Shown: in pieces, positions 37,219 through 47,184 of the stretch | Layout: every line of letters starts with the position of its first letter | Numbering within the stretch: the first letter of the stretch is position 1 | Source of the DNA: a virus | Lineage: Duplodnaviria; Caudoviricetes | Strand: one strand, 5' to 3' | IMG/VR virus record: IMGVR_UViG_3300042013_000103 | DNA length: 64,000 bases | Translations under genes and position numbers: made by a program | Notes under the pieces: model-generated | What the model was told of the DNA's origin: nothing | Seen by the model: only the letters and a program-made list of their open reading frames with translations | The model's database searches: none

Positions 37219-37782
37219 TTAAACGACGTCCGTCAGGTAGTACAGCCCAATCATGCTGGCGTCGACGGCGTGTTCATCCAGATCTTCCAGAGGAACCCAC
37301 CATTCAATGTCAGTACGGGCCCGTGCAGCTCGACGTACGTCTTCTTTGTCCGTCCCTTTGATTTTCTTCATCCCGGCATTGATCTTCACGGTCGTGGGGT
37401 CCACGAGGTAAAGGGGGGCGAAGGGATCCACTTCAAAGAGGGCGGACCTACATGCCGCGACGCACTCCACCAGAGCGGCGAAGGCGTTAACGAATCGTCC
37501 TTTATAGTTAGATTCTACAATCACAGCATTGGGCCGGATCGTGCGGATCATGTTGGTTACGGTATCCCGTAAGATCATCAATCTAACCTGCCGTGACCCG
37601 TGCAGGTCAGCGAAGGCTGTATAACCTGGGTGCGTGTCCCGGAGATGTTCCGTGAAGGCATGACGCACAATCTTCTTTGACCCGTCCAGCAGGTCGTCGA
37701 GGATGGCTATACCTAGATGTGACGATCCGGGGTCAAACGCCAAGACCGTGAAGGGCTTGATTGAAACCGGCATCGTCAACAT
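37219..37782 (-). CDS. ruvC: RuvC-like Holliday junction resolvase
   Basis: VLAFDPGSSHLGIA, VIVES, P..VK..AG...DKEDV and DEHAVDA acidic catalytic motifs. Confidence 0.85.
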   Translation of the reverse strand: MLTMPVSIKPFTVLAFDPGSSHLGIAILDDLLDGSKKIVRHAFTEHLRDTHPGYTAFADLHGSRQVRLMILRDTVTNMIRTIRPNAVIVESNYKGRFVNAFAALVECVAACRSALFEVDPFAPLYLVDPTTVKINAGMKKIKGTDKEDVRRAARARTDIEWWVPLEDLDEHAVDASMIGLYYLTDVV

Positions 37783-37791
37783 GGTAAATCC

Positions 37792-38679
37792 TTAAGCAAA
37801 CTGCGCTACGTTGAGGGCGGTGGTGCCCAGCGTAGGTTCCACGCCGCCGACGTCGAAGCTCAGGGTGAGGCCTTTGGAGTTGTAGCCCACTGGGTGGTTG
37901 GTGGCGATGTGCACGTTGATCTGGCATGCGATCACTTCGTCGTACATGAACGCCCCGGCAGTACCGGACTGCCCTTCCACCGACACGGTCACGCCCGAAC
38001 ACAGGCCGATCTCGGAGATCACGGGGGAGTTCATCGACCCGGTACGAATGCGGTGCGCCTCGGTGATTTCTTTGATCTCTTCGGCCGAGAGCTTGACGGT
38101 GACGATCGCTGACGCAGAGATGGTCTTGTTGGAACCGACCACGGTGCCGTTGTTGGAGATGACTGGCGGGATTGGGTTCAGGTCGTCGGCCGTAGGCACG
38201 TACGGACGGGTCACCACTTGGTTATCGATGATCTCGATTTCCAACAGTTGTGGCACCACGGTCGCTACGTCCATACCCCGGGCATAGTACGCGAAGTACT
38301 GTACGCCTTGGTGGACTTCGATCCGACGCAGGTGGAAGTTCTGGCGACGGGACGCGTCGAAGTCGTTGGTGAGTTCACGCAACGCCCACGGGATGTGGTT
38401 GTACAGACCCATGTGGTTGGTGCGGTGACGGCGGTTCACGGTTTCGTCCGAACCGTCATCAGCCCGAACGGTGTAGTGACCCATGTTGCCAATCACCAAG
38501 TACCGCACGTAAGGCGACACGCCCACAGCTGGCTTGACGTTGTTCTGGATACCGAACTTTTCGTTCAGGGTGGTGTGGGGAATGATGTCAAACTTCAACC
38601 CCAAGAACTTGGTGGTCTGAAGGTAGGCACCCGCGTACGTGCGCGTGACGTTGATAATTTGTTGGTCAATAGCCGACAT
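37792..38679 (-). CDS. conserved virion structural protein (phiKZ gp139-like by position)
   Basis: TLNEKF.I, YL.IGN.GH, H.P...R...ND, YFAYY and I.EIGLCSG motifs seen in jumbo-phage virion proteins. Confidence 0.7.
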   Translation of the reverse strand: MSAIDQQIINVTRTYAGAYLQTTKFLGLKFDIIPHTTLNEKFGIQNNVKPAVGVSPYVRYLVIGNMGHYTVRADDGSDETVNRRHRTNHMGLYNHIPWALRELTNDFDASRRQNFHLRRIEVHQGVQYFAYYARGMDVATVVPQLLEIEIIDNQVVTRPYVPTADDLNPIPPVISNNGTVVGSNKTISASAIVTVKLSAEEIKEITEAHRIRTGSMNSPVISEIGLCSGVTVSVEGQSGTAGAFMYDEVIACQINVHIATNHPVGYNSKGLTLSFDVGGVEPTLGTTALNVAQFA

Positions 38680-38741
38680 GTTCTATTTCCTGAACTGAGG
38701 TGGTTAGGCGAAGTACTGTTGTACCATTGGGTAAGGACGTA

Positions 38742-39230
38742 TTACTTGAGTGATTCCAAATCGCCACGCACCATAATGCACGCCCACAACTGCCCGGCTT
38801 CGCTCGGTTTGATCTCGTGGAGTTCGCGCAGGCTGAAGCCAATGGTGTCGCCTCGGTTCAACACAAGCGGGTTGCCATTGATCAAAAACGTTTGGTTGTC
38901 TTGCAACGACACGGTGATGATCTTGCCGGCCATGAACTTGTCGACCCAGTAATTCATCAGGTCCAGGAAACCGGTGCCCGCCGGGATCTCCAGGAAGTGC
39001 CCGATCACGGCTTTGGCCACGACCTTTTCAGGGAAGGCGTCTTTGAACGCCCGGCGCTGTGCACTGGTCCAGTTGAACCATTTCGAGTAGTTATAAATGC
39101 TGCAGGCTTTGCTGCCATTCGCCCCCATGCGGCAACGGTTGCCGTAGGAGTCTTTGAAAGGGACTGCGCCTTTCACGGACAGCAAGGCGTCCACTTGGGC
39201 CTCGCTGCGTTTCTCGTAACGTGTGTACAT
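38742..39230 (-). CDS. double-stranded beta-helix protein, probably a degenerate 2OG-Fe(II) oxygenase fold
   Basis: L.L.RGD.I.F....LHEI.P pattern with a distal His, but no clear HxD and no terminal Arg. Confidence 0.55.
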   Translation of the reverse strand: MYTRYEKRSEAQVDALLSVKGAVPFKDSYGNRCRMGANGSKACSIYNYSKWFNWTSAQRRAFKDAFPEKVVAKAVIGHFLEIPAGTGFLDLMNYWVDKFMAGKIITVSLQDNQTFLINGNPLVLNRGDTIGFSLRELHEIKPSEAGQLWACIMVRGDLESLK

Positions 39231-39241
39231 AACGACTCACC

Positions 39242-39724
39242 TTATTCGTAGAGGAACACCAGGACGTACCGTTTGTGTTGCACGGGGGGCACGCGGTGGG
39301 GCACGGAGCGGGAAGGGAAACAAATCCCTTCCCCGGGCACGTCAGCGACGAATTCCCCTTGGATCTCTATGCCGTCCCCACAGTCGTTCAGAGCGACGAC
39401 CATGTTGTGGCGGTACCTTGCGAGGTCCACGTGCTCCGGCATCCCCATACCCACGTCGTAGCGGTTCACACACGCTTCTGCGAGCTTACACGTGGGGATC
39501 TTGGGGGCGAGGGCAAACAAATACTCTGCCAGCTCCTTGGGCATCTGTTTATCGCCCATGAACAGGTAGTTGGCTTCGGTGGTGCCCTGGGTGGGAATGC
39601 TGTTGATCTTCTTGCGGTTGTAGAAGTAGCAATCAGGAACCGTGTCCAATACCGCGACGAGTTCCTGCGCAACCTCAGCCGAAAACGCGACCACCCTCAA
39701 TTGTTCTTGGGCCAAGCGATTCAT
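39242..39724 (-). CDS. 2OG-Fe(II) oxygenase superfamily protein (start uncertain, 39724-39802)
   Basis: VNRY..G.GMPEHVD (HxD), PHRVPPV (distal His) and KRYVLVF (2OG-binding Arg). Confidence 0.75.
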   Translation of the reverse strand: MNRLAQEQLRVVAFSAEVAQELVAVLDTVPDCYFYNRKKINSIPTQGTTEANYLFMGDKQMPKELAEYLFALAPKIPTCKLAEACVNRYDVGMGMPEHVDLARYRHNMVVALNDCGDGIEIQGEFVADVPGEGICFPSRSVPHRVPPVQHKRYVLVFLYE

Positions 39725-40235
39725 GGACACCGCCAGCGTATCGGCGGGCAGCCGCTTCTTCAGATTCTGCATTTGTGATGTAAATGTAGTCAGGAGATTC
39801 AATGTAGTGTTCCTTCTGCACTTTGTTCAACTGCTTCACTTCAGCAATGAAGTCCAACAGCTCGGCCAGCTCCGGCAATTCGATGCCGTGTTCTTTGGCC
39901 AACAGCTGCACAGCACGCCCGACGATGTTGACTTGTTCGGCCACCGGATACGCTTTGGTGATCTTGTACGCGACCTGGGTGTCCAGCTGGGCCTCGTACA
40001 CTTTCTGCGGACCTTCCAGCTTGTTTTTGATGACGTAGTCCGGGTACGTACCCTCCACCTCATCCTCGAGCAGGTCAAACTGACCTTCCTCGTAAATGTA
40101 CAGCTCCTGACCCGACAAGGTGGCCGGGTCCATCCATGGGAATTGGGCCAGCGGTTCACCCGAGGCTTTGTTGAACACCAAGATCACACGTTGACGGCCG
40201 GTGAGCGAGGCCAGTTTTTTGATTGTATCGTCCAT
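39675..40235 (-). CDS. hypothetical protein, possible fibre chaperone
   Basis: ATG at 40235 after GGAG; KITKAYPVAEQVN resembles the I...YP...Q.N chaperone motif; follows the gp131-like genes. Confidence 0.6.
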   Translation of the reverse strand: MDDTIKKLASLTGRQRVILVFNKASGEPLAQFPWMDPATLSGQELYIYEEGQFDLLEDEVEGTYPDYVIKNKLEGPQKVYEAQLDTQVAYKITKAYPVAEQVNIVGRAVQLLAKEHGIELPELAELLDFIAEVKQLNKVQKEHYIESPDYIYITNAESEEAAARRYAGGVHESLGPRTIEGGRVFG

Positions 40236-40256
40236 AGGGTTCTCCACGAAAAAGTA

Positions 40257-41588
40257 TTAAGCCAGGTAGTACCAAAGTTGCCAACCGCCAGGGCCACGCA
40301 AGAAGGTGATTAAAGTGTAGATCCCGCGCCAACTGTTCACCGGTTGGTAGCAGTTGCCCACGGCGACGGACATCACGGGGTAACTGGACAAATTCATCAT
40401 GTGCGTGTTCAGGAACACGTGCATGGCGTCGATGGAAGCGTGTTGCCCCGTGAACACTAACCCTTGTGCATTCTGGCGCAAGGAGGCCATCAGGTCGTTG
40501 TACACGTGCCGACACTGGTTGGTGCCGACCAACACGTAGTTGGGATCACCCACGCCCGCACCTGCCGCCAAACGACTCATGGGGAAACGGCCGCTGATCA
40601 CGGCATCGGCCGGGATGTTGAACCGGGACGCGTTGAACGCAGTCACGTAGCTTTGCCCGCCCAAAAGAAGGGTGGATGACGCGGGGTCAGACCACTTCTG
40701 CCGCAGGCCGAACTTGGTGTCCACAGCCGTCTTCAGCGGGATGCCAACGAGCGCAGCGGTTGTCCCGTGGGGGTTGGCCTTGTTCTTCACGTGCGCGTCC
40801 AGAGCAGCCGCCTGAGCGGCTAGCTGGTTGAACACCCCACCGATCGGCAGGTACAGGTTGTCGGCTTGGGTGAAGGTTTCCGCGTTGTTCGCCATGCGCC
40901 AGTTGTTCAGTTGCTCCAACTGCAGTTTCAAGGCTGTGGTTTCGTGCGGGTTGTTGAAGTCGTTGACATGCGCCGACACGGCGAGTTTGTAGTCATCCAA
41001 CAGCGCCTGCGCTTCCGCCAAGTACAGTTGGTAATAGTCCACGCTGGCTTCAATCACCGGGGTCATGCCAACGGCACAGGAATCCGCAATGCGCTGCAGC
41101 TCGGTGACGGTCGTGTCCAAGCCGTACAACTGCCAGTATTCGTCTGCGTGCGGGGCAGCGGGGTACGCCTCGGGTTTCCCCACAATCCCTTCCCAAGTGA
41201 AGTGCAGTTCGTCCAACGCCAGTTTGTCCATCACCGCTTGCAGTTCGAACACACTCGGGCTGAAGAACCCACCGACCGCGTTGTAGTTGCAAGAAACAGG
41301 CGACGGGACCGAGGCCCGGGTGATCACCACCAGCGCCATGACTTCTTTCCCGGTCATCCGAGACAGCGTGTCGTAATGGAAGGTGCAGTCGTAATCCGTC
41401 CCGGGCACCAGGGGCACTCCGTTGGCGTCTCGCAGTTCGAAGGTCTCGGTGTAGAAACCGCCAAAGGTGGGGACAAAGATGCGGTTGGTTTTACCTGGCA
41501 CTACAACCAAGGGGTGGATCTCGTTGGACACTCGGTTCGACGATCGCGTCCCGGTCAAGTCCAACGGATAAAACGTTACGTCAGCCAT
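40257..41588 (-). CDS. gp131-like tail-tip/baseplate protein
   Basis: YPLDLTG....N.V..E.H N-terminus and two H....NPH repeats. Confidence 0.8.
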   Translation of the reverse strand: MADVTFYPLDLTGTRSSNRVSNEIHPLVVVPGKTNRIFVPTFGGFYTETFELRDANGVPLVPGTDYDCTFHYDTLSRMTGKEVMALVVITRASVPSPVSCNYNAVGGFFSPSVFELQAVMDKLALDELHFTWEGIVGKPEAYPAAPHADEYWQLYGLDTTVTELQRIADSCAVGMTPVIEASVDYYQLYLAEAQALLDDYKLAVSAHVNDFNNPHETTALKLQLEQLNNWRMANNAETFTQADNLYLPIGGVFNQLAAQAAALDAHVKNKANPHGTTAALVGIPLKTAVDTKFGLRQKWSDPASSTLLLGGQSYVTAFNASRFNIPADAVISGRFPMSRLAAGAGVGDPNYVLVGTNQCRHVYNDLMASLRQNAQGLVFTGQHASIDAMHVFLNTHMMNLSSYPVMSVAVGNCYQPVNSWRGIYTLITFLRGPGGWQLWYYLA

Positions 41589-41603
41589 TGTCGGGCTCCC
41601 TAG

Positions 41604-42995
41604 TTATTGAAGGACTGAACTCGTGTAGGTCCAGTCTGCGGCTGTACCGGAAGTCCCACTGCGGGCAACGGTGACCAAGGTGCGCAGGGTGGAGGTTTGG
41701 GACCCGTTACTGGTACCGATGTCCCAAGACGACTGCTCATAGAACAGGATCATCGTTCCCCGTGGGTACGCGGTGGCGTTGCCGTAAGCGTTGGAGATAA
41801 TTTGCAACACCTGGGCGTGCGACGCTGCGTCCGGCCCAAAGATCCCGCCCATGTAGTACATGCGCACGGGCTTTGGTGCCAAGGTGGCGAAGGTCGTGGC
41901 GATGTGTGACCAGTTGCCCGCCCCGTTCAACACGTAGTCTGCGTTGGCCCCACTCACGGCGTAGCGCACTTGCGCCAGTCGTCCAGAGGTGATGTTCGCT
42001 GCATTGTTACCCGCCCGGGCTTGGTTGTACTTGGCAAGGTACGTGGCCCCTTCCCACAGGGTGGATTGGTTCAGCGTAGCGCCGCGGTCCGCGTACAGGG
42101 CGGCAATGTTGTTGAACTCGGGGATGGTGTAGGCCAGCAACTGAGCCGCCGTGAGTTCATGCGGGTTGTTTAAGTTGTTGACGTGACTGGTCATCAACGG
42201 GGTGAAGTTCGCGTCCACCGAGAGTTTCAAACTCCAGGGGGTGGCGTAGCGGTTCAAGATCGACGCGTTGGCTTGACGGGCATCGTCGTCCGTGGCCTTC
42301 GGGAAGTTCTGCACGTTACCCAACTGCACCTGGACGGCCGTCAACCGGTGAGGGTTGTCTTGGTTGGCGATGTGCACCTGCAACTGTTGCTCGGTCAGGG
42401 CCAGGTCGTCCGAGATGATCTTCAACAACCGTTTATAGTCGTCCAAGTTAGCCTCGAACAACCGGTCCCCCATGGTCTCGATCGCCGTGGTCATGCGCTT
42501 CAGCTGCACGGTGCGGTCGGTGAACTCGTGGAGGTCCCACAGAGCGTGCTGGTGACCGTTAGGGTTGAACGCATCGGGTTTGTGTTCGATGTTGTTCCAA
42601 TGCACCTTGCGGGTGTTGTTCAACAGCCCCCGCGCCAACTCGACGATGGTGTACGCCATGTTGCAGTACAACCCCCCGACCATTTGGGCGTCGATGTAGA
42701 TTTCCGGGTGCACTTGGCGGTTCAAGATCACCACCACGCCACACACGGTTTTGGCCGTGTCTTTCACCGCGTCCGGGTTGAGCCCGGTGCACTGGTAGTC
42801 CACGTCCCGTTGCAGTTCATAACCACGCCCGTCGACCACTTTTAAGTCGTCGGTGTAGAAGTACCCTTTGTCCATGGCGATGACGCGAAACGGCAAATTC
42901 ATCTGGTCGGACAAATCGTGGTATTCGCGTTTGGTGCGGTTGTTCACCGCCATGCCCGTGAGGTCAAGGGGCAGTGCGTGAATTAACGGATTCAT
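41604..42995 (-). CDS. gp131-like tail-tip/baseplate protein
   Basis: LPLDLTG..VNN and HIANQDNPHRLTAVQVQLGNVQN repeats. Confidence 0.8.
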   Translation of the reverse strand: MNPLIHALPLDLTGMAVNNRTKREYHDLSDQMNLPFRVIAMDKGYFYTDDLKVVDGRGYELQRDVDYQCTGLNPDAVKDTAKTVCGVVVILNRQVHPEIYIDAQMVGGLYCNMAYTIVELARGLLNNTRKVHWNNIEHKPDAFNPNGHQHALWDLHEFTDRTVQLKRMTTAIETMGDRLFEANLDDYKRLLKIISDDLALTEQQLQVHIANQDNPHRLTAVQVQLGNVQNFPKATDDDARQANASILNRYATPWSLKLSVDANFTPLMTSHVNNLNNPHELTAAQLLAYTIPEFNNIAALYADRGATLNQSTLWEGATYLAKYNQARAGNNAANITSGRLAQVRYAVSGANADYVLNGAGNWSHIATTFATLAPKPVRMYYMGGIFGPDAASHAQVLQIISNAYGNATAYPRGTMILFYEQSSWDIGTSNGSQTSTLRTLVTVARSGTSGTAADWTYTSSVLQ

Positions 42996-43005
42996 AAAAA
43001 GCCCC

Positions 43006-44373
43006 TTAGCCTAGGTAAACCCAGCCGCTAGCCGTGCGCAAAATCGCACGCTGAACGAAGTGACGCATCCAGAAGGACCCGTTACCGTTGCCCCACAAAG
43101 TGTTCTGGTTGATTACGAAGAACATGAGGGAACCCACCGGGTAGGTGTTGATGTTTTGGTACGCGGGAATGGTCCAGAAGAACGCCATGGCTTGGTCTGC
43201 GTTGTCCCACAGCCCGGAGATTCGTTCAATTCGGGTCGGGGCCACGTCAGCGTACTGGGTCACCAGCGACTGCCACTGCACCCACTGTCCGTTACCGCGC
43301 AACAGGGCGTTGTAATCCGGTGTCCCCAACCCCAACCGTGCGGGGTTCACGTAGCCCACCGAGAAATGGCTGGTGTCCAGATTGTTCCGGGCCGCTGAGA
43401 CGAACTGGCTGTAGTTGTACCACCCACCGTTGTGGTTCAGTGCCAAGGCGTTGGCCACTTGTTCGGTCTTCAGGTATTTGGCTGCAATCAATTCATCTGA
43501 TTTGGCGATGGTGTAACTGTTCACCTGAACCGGGGTGGTTTGATGCGCGTTCGCTGGGTTGAGTGCCACGTGAGCGTTCAGCGGTTTGGCGGCAAACTCA
43601 TCAATGCCGTAATACCCGCGTTTGGGTGTCAGGTACCAGTCGTTCGAGACGCCTGCCCGCACCACGGCTTCACTCGCCACGCCTTGGTTGAACATGTCCT
43701 GCAAACCGATGTCGGCTTTGACGTCAACGTGCGGGTTGAGCTTGTTGGCGATGTGGTCCGCCAACGTGGTGTCGTATTCGGCCACGTACGCATCAAACAG
43801 GTCCCGGACTTCTTGTCGGAAGTCTTCTTCCGCCGCCGGGGACCCGGTGGTGATGCTCAGCTTGATGTTTTCCAGTTCGATGTTGTATGGCTGGAACATG
43901 TCCAACCCCCACCGTCGCTCGTCGAGTTCCCCTGGGGCCCACATGGGTTCTTCCCCCAGGTAGTCCAGCCGGACAGGGACATAACCCGCCGGACGGGTTC
44001 CATAGAAAGCGACGTAATCGTCGATCGCTGTGAAACTGAATGCCAAGTCCCCGCCTACCATCTGTGCCGATACGTAGACAATCCCAGAAAGTGTTTGATT
44101 CAGAAAAACAATAGCGCTGCAGACTCTCAACCCGTTCCGTTCGGAGAATTGTTTGTGGTAATAGGTCACGACGTAATCTTCGTCCGCCATCAGCAGGTTG
44201 TAATCGGCGTCGTACACCCGCAGCCCTTGGGTGTAGAAGCCCCCGTGGTTTAACGTGATGATCGCGTAAGGCAAGCCGACGTACTGGACCAGCAAATGTT
44301 CTTCGCTCCCCACGTGGTTGGCCGGGTCGGTCCCGGTCAAGTCCAACGGAAGCTTGTTGTATACCGGATTCAT
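43006..44373 (-). CDS. gp131-like tail-tip/baseplate protein
   Basis: LPLDLTGTDPANHVGSEEH and HIANKLNPH repeat. Confidence 0.8.
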   Translation of the reverse strand: MNPVYNKLPLDLTGTDPANHVGSEEHLLVQYVGLPYAIITLNHGGFYTQGLRVYDADYNLLMADEDYVVTYYHKQFSERNGLRVCSAIVFLNQTLSGIVYVSAQMVGGDLAFSFTAIDDYVAFYGTRPAGYVPVRLDYLGEEPMWAPGELDERRWGLDMFQPYNIELENIKLSITTGSPAAEEDFRQEVRDLFDAYVAEYDTTLADHIANKLNPHVDVKADIGLQDMFNQGVASEAVVRAGVSNDWYLTPKRGYYGIDEFAAKPLNAHVALNPANAHQTTPVQVNSYTIAKSDELIAAKYLKTEQVANALALNHNGGWYNYSQFVSAARNNLDTSHFSVGYVNPARLGLGTPDYNALLRGNGQWVQWQSLVTQYADVAPTRIERISGLWDNADQAMAFFWTIPAYQNINTYPVGSLMFFVINQNTLWGNGNGSFWMRHFVQRAILRTASGWVYLG

Positions 44374-44444
44374 TTAAAGCTCCTAACGAAGTAAACATAG
44401 AGAGAATCACGCACGTTTAAGGCGCCGTGATTCCCCCTAGTTTG

Positions 44445-44765
44445 TTATAGCTGGTCCGCGGCATTACCAAAAGCTTCAGCAATCGGACCGTAGACGTTCT
44501 CTTCGGCCCAATCGTTGGTGCGTGCAGGTGTCATCACCGTGGTGTTGTTTGCAGCACCCGCAGCTTCTAACAAAGTGGCAGGGGCGTAGTTGGGGGTCAA
44601 CTCGAGGCCGATGTCGGCTGGGCTCAAGTCGTGTACGTTCCCTGTCGCTTCGGTGTGAGCGTTGAGACGGGTCAACATCGTTTGGATTTTCCCCACCAAG
44701 GTAGTGAAGACCGTAACGACGGTGGCTTTAACCGTGTCTAGCTCGGGTTTCCAATCGATGCTCAT
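44445..44765 (-). CDS. small virion protein with one gp131-family H..N.H repeat
   Basis: AHTEATGNVHDLSPADIGL..TPNYAPAT..EA......VMTP. Confidence 0.7.
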   Translation of the reverse strand: MSIDWKPELDTVKATVVTVFTTLVGKIQTMLTRLNAHTEATGNVHDLSPADIGLELTPNYAPATLLEAAGAANNTTVMTPARTNDWAEENVYGPIAEAFGNAADQL

Positions 44766-47014
44766 TCTGGAATACTCCGATGATCAAACAACAAAGCGTT
44801 GTCCGAGGAATCTCCCCAGAACTGCACAAGGTGTTTGCTGTTTACCGTTACTGTGAATTTGTACCCTGCGGCCACATCCACGAATGGACCGGCTTCTACC
44901 GGGATGTCGCATTGGCCCCGGTCGTTGGTCCCAAAGAACGCCGCCTTGCCGTATGGCAGGATCTCGCTGTTGGTCCCAATCTCCGCCATGACAAAACTGA
45001 AGTGGTCGTACGTACCCGAGATTTGCAGCACGTTGTCCAACGCGTCGAGGTTGTAGGTTTGGCCGGCGCCGTCTTTAATGACTGCACCCACCACCCGCAC
45101 CAAGTTCACGTTAGGGGTCCGACGCAACTCGTACAAGAACACTTGGTTGGCTTCGTTCAAGAAGACCACGTGCGTGGTACCGATCATGATGTCGCGGATC
45201 GGCGCCCCTTGTGCGGCCACAAAGTTAATCGCGGTGGTGGCACTGCTGACCCAGTTCGGGTCCCCACGGCACACGTAACTCAGGAGCGGTGGAGCTTCAC
45301 CCGGTTGCGGGGTTTCAAACTCAATGATGGCCAGTTCCCCAGCGTGGGAGAATTCAGTGCCCAAGAAAATCCCGGACACCCGTGCGCTTGAGTTGTACAA
45401 GGTCGCCACCCCGTTGACGTCGTAACGACGGACGGAGCCGTACGTGCGTTCATCAACGACTGGTGGTGCGTCGTCCATCATCAACCACACCGCCGTTTTG
45501 GTTGCCCAAATCGTGTTCACCTTGTTCGCTGGGTTGAAACTTACATCATCGGCGTAACCGGCGGGGGTAGGGATGTGTTCCGACCCTTCCGCAACGATCG
45601 CGCCGTTTGCAGCAACGTAGTAGCCCGCATTCCTCAACTGTGCCCAACGGTTCACCACAGCACGAATGTACTCTGGGAAGATGGTCATATCTGACGATGT
45701 TACCAACACCGAATCACCGTTGCCGTCCCAAGGAGCGTACATCGAGTAGCCGACCTGAGTCGCCTGAATCAATTGCCTTAGTCGAGCAGCCAGTACAGCC
45801 GGTGTAACGGGATCAAGCGGGTTTAGCAGGTTCACCTGTGCCAGGCTGGTGACAAAGGCTGCATCGAGCCCTTGCAACAGGAAGACCATGTCGTCGAAAG
45901 ACGGCAAGGACTCGCGCCACTCCGCTTCGGTTTGCCCCGCGAACTTCGGGGTGTCCTGGGCCGAGACGTTGGCCAACAGCTCATCGATCTCGTCACGGTT
46001 GTACGCGCCGCCGTCCGCCAACCCACCGGGGGTTAACTGGTGCGGGTTGTTCCGGTCGTTGATGTGAGCATTGAGGTCGTTGACGACTTCATCGATCCGT
46101 CCCGAATCCGAACTCTGCTGCAACAGCAGTGACACGGTGTACGGGGTCATCAGCACCGAGTTGTTGGTGATGTCCAGCGCTTCAATGTCCGAGGCCGCCG
46201 GGTAGTTCGGCACCTTGTCCAGCCCGATGTGGATCGCCCGCACTTCGTGGGGGTTGGCCTTGTCGAGCAAATGCTGGTTGAGCTTTTTGATGGCGTGTTC
46301 TTGGATGGCCAAGTACACACCCGCCGGCGAAATGTACAGGTCCGCTTGGGTCGCCAGGGTGGCCTGTTGGTTGTCCGCCATGGGGTAGTTTTGCACGTTG
46401 CCCAGCAGCACGTGCTGTTTGGTGGTGCGGTGCGGGTTGTTGAAATCCAGCAAGTGCTGTTCGGTGGTGCCCGCTGCCGACGCTTCCAGCACGTCCGCGA
46501 TGCGTTCCAGCCCCGCCAACAGCTCCACGCTGCCGACCAACCCCGTGCCGATCGGCTGAGAGTGCTCCAACGACGGGAACGAGTGTGGCAAGACGTCAAT
46601 CGAGCCCCAGGTCCGGATCAGTGGGTTGTACTGACGCCGGGCCAGTTCAGCCAGAATCGCCGCGTCACTGAACCCCCATGGACCACCGAGGGTACGGTAC
46701 TCCAGGCGCAGGATCCCCTGAATGGTCCGTTTCATCAACCGGATGGAGCCCGCAATGGGACGCCCGGTGGACTTCATGGCGTCGATGAATTTGTGCCCGA
46801 CGTTGTAATCGGCACCCTCCACCAACAACGCACCCGTCAGGTGGTTAAACACCTTGATGGAATCTACGAAGAATGGAGCTGCACGTGGGATGAAGAAATA
46901 GAAGTCATCCTTACCCGGTGTCACCACCGTATGCCGCTCGTCTGTGACCAGGTTTAACGGGTTCGTCCCGTTCAGATCTTCTTCGTAAAGCCCCGTTGTA
47001 CTAACAGTGGCCAT
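44762..47014 (-). CDS. gp131-like tail-tip protein with a C-terminal beta-propeller-like (RCC1-like) domain
   Basis: YEEDLNGTNP.N.V..E.H, three NPH repeats, and C-terminal FFGTNDRGQCD.P...F.DVAAG..FTV. Confidence 0.8.
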   Translation of the reverse strand: MATVSTTGLYEEDLNGTNPLNLVTDERHTVVTPGKDDFYFFIPRAAPFFVDSIKVFNHLTGALLVEGADYNVGHKFIDAMKSTGRPIAGSIRLMKRTIQGILRLEYRTLGGPWGFSDAAILAELARRQYNPLIRTWGSIDVLPHSFPSLEHSQPIGTGLVGSVELLAGLERIADVLEASAAGTTEQHLLDFNNPHRTTKQHVLLGNVQNYPMADNQQATLATQADLYISPAGVYLAIQEHAIKKLNQHLLDKANPHEVRAIHIGLDKVPNYPAASDIEALDITNNSVLMTPYTVSLLLQQSSDSGRIDEVVNDLNAHINDRNNPHQLTPGGLADGGAYNRDEIDELLANVSAQDTPKFAGQTEAEWRESLPSFDDMVFLLQGLDAAFVTSLAQVNLLNPLDPVTPAVLAARLRQLIQATQVGYSMYAPWDGNGDSVLVTSSDMTIFPEYIRAVVNRWAQLRNAGYYVAANGAIVAEGSEHIPTPAGYADDVSFNPANKVNTIWATKTAVWLMMDDAPPVVDERTYGSVRRYDVNGVATLYNSSARVSGIFLGTEFSHAGELAIIEFETPQPGEAPPLLSYVCRGDPNWVSSATTAINFVAAQGAPIRDIMIGTTHVVFLNEANQVFLYELRRTPNVNLVRVVGAVIKDGAGQTYNLDALDNVLQISGTYDHFSFVMAEIGTNSEILPYGKAAFFGTNDRGQCDIPVEAGPFVDVAAGYKFTVTVNSKHLVQFWGDSSDNALLFDHRSIPE

Positions 47015-47184
47015 TACGCCCTCCTTTAAACCGCGCGCAGCGGTTGTTAGCGTTAATGATGTGAAATGCTCAAGGGTGTAACTTAGGCATTCATCTAAAC
47101 TCTTGGGTTTTACCGTTACTATAAGACGGTGAAATATCTATTCACATAGGATTATTTAATCTGACGCAGAACGGAGAAGCCGTT

